Shown piece by piece: positions 59,503-64,000 of a stretch of 64,000 bases of DNA. This DNA is from a virus, in IMG/VR virus record IMGVR_UViG_3300001533_002564, positions 32,001 through 96,000 of that record, one strand, 5' to 3'. Both the position numbers and the translations under genes were made by a program. A model generated the notes under the pieces. The model did not search any database and was not told the DNA's origin. It saw only the letters and a program-made list of their open reading frames with translations. Within the stretch, counting starts at the first letter, position 1, and each line of letters opens with the position of its first letter.

Positions 59503-60309
59503 TTAACTATTTAATAATTGTCTTCTATGATTTTTTTCTTTTATATCAACATTATCAAAATACTCATTATATTTATCTTCAATGACACTTATTAATGGAT
59601 TTCTGATGTTTGTATCGGCTTCTGACATCTTGATAACACCTATCTTCGAAACGTCTTCAAATAGGCTTAAAAGTACTTCTAATGAACTTTCTTTTTTATT
59701 TCTAATATCAATTTGATTAGTATCTCCAAGTAATATTATTTTTGAATTATTACCGATTCTAGTAAGTAATGTTCTTGAATTATCTAAACTTACATTTTGC
59801 ATCTCATCAGCAATAATAATACAATCATCAAGACTAGCACCTCTAATATATGCTAAAGGACAAGGTCTGATAATTTCTTTTTCAATTAATGACTTTATTG
59901 AACTTTCTAATACAAGTTTTTCCATATTAAGATAAAAACTCCACATTATAGGTTCTAATTTTTCTTTTAAATCACCTTTAAGAAAACCAACTTCTTCATT
60001 TTTTAATGTAGTAACTGATTTTACTAAATATATTTTTTTAAATCTATTATTTGCTTTTCTTAATAAACTTAAAGCATATGCCATTGCAACATAGGTTTTA
60101 CCAGTACCTGCTGGACCGGCAGCAATCGTAATTTCATTATTTTTTATAGATTTTATTAAATTTTTTTGACTTTCATTTTTTGATACAATTTTAATATCTT
60201 TTGCTAATAATGAACTAACTTCTTTTTTTATTTTAGAAATTTCCATTTCACTATTAACAGAAATTATTTCTTCAAATTCTTTATCTTCTTTATATCTATC
60301 TCTACCCAT
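59503..60309 (-). CDS. phoH: PhoH-family ATPase
   Basis: GPAGTGKT, GFLKGDLKEK, LAYIRG, IADEMQN, LLTRIG, GDTNQID; likely start MGRDRY. Confidence 0.9.
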   Translation of the reverse strand: MGRDRYKEDKEFEEIISVNSEMEISKIKKEVSSLLAKDIKIVSKNESQKNLIKSIKNNEITIAAGPAGTGKTYVAMAYALSLLRKANNRFKKIYLVKSVTTLKNEEVGFLKGDLKEKLEPIMWSFYLNMEKLVLESSIKSLIEKEIIRPCPLAYIRGASLDDCIIIADEMQNVSLDNSRTLLTRIGNNSKIILLGDTNQIDIRNKKESSLEVLLSLFEDVSKIGVIKMSEADTNIRNPLISVIEDKYNEYFDNVDIKEKNHRRQLLNS

Positions 60310-60465
60310 ATAATATTTAATGTTATTATTTAAATAATTTTTATAATTAAAACACATTCACATATATATGTTAATACGAAAAAAATATTTTTTTCTTGAA
60401 TTATGTATAAAAATTTTTTCATAGTATTTATGGAAAATGATAATAAAATATAAAATATTATAAAA

Positions 60466-61437
60466 ATGGAAAATAATCAAGTACCTTCAAAAGAACCAAT
60501 TGGTGATTTATTAAAAAAATATAAACAAATGCATAATGACGGAACATTACCACCACCAGAATCAGTACAATCTGTACCGATTGATAATGTACCAACAGAA
60601 CCACCTGTGTCTGCACCCTTACCTTCATCATCAATTCCATCAGCAGCATCAACTTTTAATGCTGAAGAATATGAAAATATTATGAATAAAGAAACCGACC
60701 CAGATTTAATGACTTCATATGAAATAGTTAAATTACCATCAAAAGGATTATTTTATAAAAATAGAATTTCAGAAGTAAGTGTTGAATACATGACATCTAA
60801 AGATGAAGATTTACTTACTACACCATCACTAATTGAAAATGGTACTGTTATAGATGTTTTATTAAAGAGAAAAATTAAAACAAAAGGTGTTGATATTAAT
60901 AATTTACTTGCTGGTGATAGAAATGCTATAATATTATTTTTACGTAGTTCAAGTTATGGTTCAGAATATACTGTACAAGTACCTGACCCAAGAACAAATA
61001 AATCATTTAAAACAACTGTTGATTTACTTAAATTAAAATATAAAAAAGTTAATGAATTACCTGATGAAGAAGGACATTTTACAATAAAAATTCCAATGCG
61101 AAAGAAAACTGTTAAATTTAAATTATTAACTTCTGGTGAAGAAAACATTTTACTTAAACAAGCTGAAGCACATAAAGATGCTTATAATCAAGAATTTAGT
61201 GAATACACCACTCTTAAATTAAAATCACATATAGTTAGTATTGATGGTAAAACTGACAGAACTTATATAAGTAAATTTGTTGATGCTATGCCAGCAATGG
61301 ATGCTTTAACTATTCGTACAAAAATATTAGATATAAGTCCTGATGTCGATATGAATTATGAATTTACAGCTAAAGACGGTTATAAATTTAATGCTGAATT
61401 ATCTGTTGGTATAGATTTTTTTTTCCCAAACATCTAG
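60466..61437 (+). CDS. Baseplate hub / tail assembly chaperone (gp26-like)
   Basis: VKLPSKG..Y, MTSKDEDLL, GDRNAI...LR..SYG, ends IDFFFPNI; directly upstream of the tape measure gene. Confidence 0.7.
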   Translation: MENNQVPSKEPIGDLLKKYKQMHNDGTLPPPESVQSVPIDNVPTEPPVSAPLPSSSIPSAASTFNAEEYENIMNKETDPDLMTSYEIVKLPSKGLFYKNRISEVSVEYMTSKDEDLLTTPSLIENGTVIDVLLKRKIKTKGVDINNLLAGDRNAIILFLRSSSYGSEYTVQVPDPRTNKSFKTTVDLLKLKYKKVNELPDEEGHFTIKIPMRKKTVKFKLLTSGEENILLKQAEAHKDAYNQEFSEYTTLKLKSHIVSIDGKTDRTYISKFVDAMPAMDALTIRTKILDISPDVDMNYEFTAKDGYKFNAELSVGIDFFFPNI

Positions 61438-61616
61438 CAGGTGAATATAAAAAAATGGTCGATGAAGAAATTTATATATTGACCAATCATGCTAATTTTC
61501 AAGCAGAATATATTGAAAGAATTCCTATATATAGAAGAAGACATTTTTTATTTTTATTAAATAAAGAAAATGAAGAAATAGAAAAAATAAGAGATAGAGA
61601 AAAAAATAAAAGATAA
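61416..61616 (+). CDS. gp51-like/GT-type chaperone extension in the -1 frame (own ATG at 61455, 53 aa)
   Basis: T9 run at 61416-61424; the -1 frame reads FFFPKHLAGEYKKMVDEEIYILTNHANFQAEYIERIPIYRRRHFLFLL... Confidence 0.65.
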   Translation, partial: FFFPKHLAGEYKKMVDEEIYILTNHANFQAEYIERIPIYRRRHFLFLLNKENEEIEKIRDREKNKR

Positions 61617-61624
61617 AAAATAAA

Positions 61625-61661
61625 TACAAAAAACTGAGATAATAAAACTCAGTTTTTTGTA
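61625..61661. terminator. Hairpin terminator overlapping the late motif of the tape measure gene
   Basis: TACAAAAAACTGAG-loop-CTCAGTTTTTTGTA. Confidence 0.75.
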
Positions 61662-61685
61662 TTTATATTATAAACAAGAAATAAA

Positions 61686-64000
61686 ATGGCTGATAAAATA
61701 GATGCTAAATATTTACAAGAACTTTTAAAATATCAAAAGAAACTAAATAATTCAATGGGTAGTGCTATAAATATCCAAGATAAAATTAGAATAAATGAAG
61801 AATTAATTAGTAATGAAAAACGTATTCAAAATGAATATGAAAATGCATCTAAATTATCAAAAAAAGAAATATCTAATTTAACTAATGATGAACAGAAATT
61901 ATTAAATGATATTATTAATAAAGAAAAGTCCATTAATTCCGAATTAGATAAACAAATAAAAAGAAGACAGAATACTGTTAATTTAGCAAAACTATTAACT
62001 CAACAATTAAAAATAGGTTGGAAATATCTTCAAGACCAAGATAAAATAATTAAAAGTACTAATCTTAGTCTTGGTATGTCAGGAGCAAAAGCAGTTGCAA
62101 TGCGTGATGCATTTGAAAAATCTGCTGGATACGTTACTAGATTAGGTGGAACAATAGGTGATATTCAAAGTGTTATGCAGGGATATGCCGATGAAACTGG
62201 TCGTGCTCGTGTAATGAGTGCTGAAATGGTTAAAGATATAACTAATATTGGAAAAGGTACTACACTTGGAATTGAAAACGCAACTAAATTAGGAGCACAA
62301 TTTGAATTAATGGGATATGATGCCAGAAGAACAATGGAATTTGTTCAAGGTGTTGTTGATACAACAGAAAGAATGGGTGTTAATACTACAAAAGTACTTA
62401 AAGTAGTTAATGATAATTTTAAAAAATTAAATACATATACTTTTCAACAAGGTGTTAAAGGTTTTGCTGAAATGGCAAGCTATGCCGAAAAATTTAAAAT
62501 TGATATTTCAGATGCACTTAATGCTGCTGATGTTGCACGTAGTCTTGAAGGTGCAATTGATTTAGCTGCACAACTACAGGTAATGGGTGGTGAATTTGCA
62601 AAAACAGACCCATTTGAAATGTTATTCCTTAGTCGTAATGACCCAGCAAAATTTACTGAAAAAATTGCTGATATGACTAAAGGTGTTGTTAGTTTTAGAA
62701 AAGTAACTGATAGTGCTGGAAAAACAGTATTTGAAAAATTTATTAGTCCTGCTGACCGTGATAGACTTGCTGCTGTTGCAAAATCATTAGGTATGGAAGC
62801 CAGTGCTTTAACTGAAATAGCACAAAGACAGGCTGAAATTCAAAAAATGCGTCAACAAATGAGTGGTTTAGGTTTATCTAAAGAACAAAAAGAAATTATT
62901 GAAGGCGCAGCACATTTTGATACAAAATCAGGTAAATTTCAAGTACAACTTGGTCAGACTATGCATAATATTGGTGAATTAACATCAAAACAAGCAGAAA
63001 AATTTAAAGTTGAACAAAAATTATTAGAAGAACGTGCTAAACAAGCAATGACATTTGACGAAACCTTTAAAGCAACAATTGAAACACTAAAAGCAAGTCT
63101 CTTACCATTATTAAAACAAGTAAATTGGTTACTTGACCATACAATCAAACCAATTGCTGACCTTGCATCAAAAGGTTGGGGTGTAGGTGGTGCTGCTGTT
63201 GCATTAATTAGTGCAGCACTTGTATGGAAAGGAGTAACTAATAAATTAGGAAATGTTGTTAGTAAATGGGTTCAAAATAGTGGTGGAAAAGGTATTGCTG
63301 GTGCTTTTGGTAAAGTCAATCGTGGTGGTAGTTTAACTGAAACATTATCTACTCAAGGAAGTGAATCAGGACTATTCGAACAACGAAAAGGTATTGGAAT
63401 GGGTGCTGCTGCAAAAGGACAGGGTATGGAAAGTCTTGGTAAAGGTGTTGGTATTGGTGCTGCTGGAGCAGGTGTTGGTGCTGGTATTATGATGGGAGCA
63501 AAAGGTATTGGTGAATTAGCTCAAGCAATTAAAAATGTTGATGTTGATAAATTAAAGGTAATGAATGGTACTATAGCAATATTAGGTGTAACAATGGTAG
63601 GAATATTAGTACCAGCAATCTTTGCAATGGGTGGTGCAGGTACTGCTGGTGCAGTAGGTTTACTTGCAGTAGGTGCAGCAGCAGTTGGAATTGGTTTCGG
63701 TATTAATCTTGCAACAAAAGGTATTGGTAAAATGAGTGAAGGTATTGCTAAAATGAATAAAACTGGTGGAGGTGCTGGTAAAGAATTACTTGCTATTGCT
63801 GGTGGTATTGGTGCAATTACTGTTGCTATGGCTGGTGGTGGTATATTAGGTATTGCTATATTTAATAGACAATTGAAAAAAATGAATGAAAATATTGGTG
63901 GAATTCAAAAAATTGGTGCTGCATTTGCTAATATTGAAGCAGTATTATCTGGAAGTAAAGATGATTTTATTGCTGTTCAAAATGCAGTTACTGCAATTGG
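61686..64000 (+). CDS. Tape measure protein, 3'-truncated (absent from the ORF track)
   Basis: Open frame MADKIDAKYLQELLK... to the window end; helical A/G-rich; 'SLEGAIDLAAQLQVMGG'; follows the chaperone gene. Confidence 0.8.
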   Translation, partial: MADKIDAKYLQELLKYQKKLNNSMGSAINIQDKIRINEELISNEKRIQNEYENASKLSKKEISNLTNDEQKLLNDIINKEKSINSELDKQIKRRQNTVNLAKLLTQQLKIGWKYLQDQDKIIKSTNLSLGMSGAKAVAMRDAFEKSAGYVTRLGGTIGDIQSVMQGYADETGRARVMSAEMVKDITNIGKGTTLGIENATKLGAQFELMGYDARRTMEFVQGVVDTTERMGVNTTKVLKVVNDNFKKLNTYTFQQGVKGFAEMASYAEKFKIDISDALNAADVARSLEGAIDLAAQLQVMGGEFAKTDPFEMLFLSRNDPAKFTEKIADMTKGVVSFRKVTDSAGKTVFEKFISPADRDRLAAVAKSLGMEASALTEIAQRQAEIQKMRQQMSGLGLSKEQKEIIEGAAHFDTKSGKFQVQLGQTMHNIGELTSKQAEKFKVEQKLLEERAKQAMTFDETFKATIETLKASLLPLLKQVNWLLDHTIKPIADLASKGWGVGGAAVALISAALVWKGVTNKLGNVVSKWVQNSGGKGIAGAFGKVNRGGSLTETLSTQGSESGLFEQRKGIGMGAAAKGQGMESLGKGVGIGAAGAGVGAGIMMGAKGIGELAQAIKNVDVDKLKVMNGTIAILGVTMVGILVPAIFAMGGAGTAGAVGLLAVGAAAVGIGFGINLATKGIGKMSEGIAKMNKTGGGAGKELLAIAGGIGAITVAMAGGGILGIAIFNRQLKKMNENIGGIQKIGAAFANIEAVLSGSKDDFIAVQNAVTAI

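Noticed and set aside
190-63148. Short ORFs overlapping or antisense to long genes (e.g. 190..444, 6062..6322, 10519..10797, 23275..23703, 48674..49048, 53904..54206, 57619..57984, 62954..63148)
   Set aside because: Shadow frames of well-supported genes, with biased composition and no motifs or promoters
1-64000. Stop-codon reassignment (as in Lak or some crAss-like phages) to explain the in-frame stops
   Set aside because: All core genes are intact in code 11, TAA is the dominant true stop, TAG ends genes at sensible positions, and the in-frame stops are confined to accessory genes
1-64000. tRNA genes, rRNA or CRISPR arrays
   Set aside because: No cloverleaf/T-loop signatures or regularly spaced repeats seen by eye; tRNAscan-SE and a CRISPR finder would confirm

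Overview
A very AT-rich 64 kb segment of a large T4-like (myovirus) jumbo phage genome in genetic code 11. The host is probably Bacteroidota, judged from TAnnTTTG promoters, A-rich leaders without a Shine-Dalgarno site and a Bacteroidota-type lipoprotein. The window holds most of the virion morphogenesis genes scattered on both strands: terminase, portal, prohead protease, scaffold, major capsid, neck gp13/gp14, gp15-like, sheath, tube, baseplate/gp5-like, SLT lysozyme, tail chaperone and tape measure. It also carries thyX, dUTPase, a UvrD-like helicase, PhoH, two glycosyltransferases, a nucleotidyltransferase and a gp55-like late sigma factor. Main observations: (1) the terminase gene is fractured by an atypically split intein whose short N-fragment runs in frame into a complete endonuclease with its own promoter; (2) a Mom-like DNA-modification domain is fused to a GIY-YIG nuclease right after the capsid gene; (3) a GTATTTAT motif, the reverse complement of the T4 late promoter, precedes about 25 genes; (4) a likely -1 frameshift joins the gp26-like and gp51-like frames before the tape measure gene; (5) several inserted genes are flanked by displaced or duplicated gene ends; (6) a [ST]-G-x-T motif is strongly enriched in virion proteins and may be a glycosylation sequon; (7) several accessory genes are inactivated by single point changes. 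All family assignments come from motif recognition by eye, not database searches.
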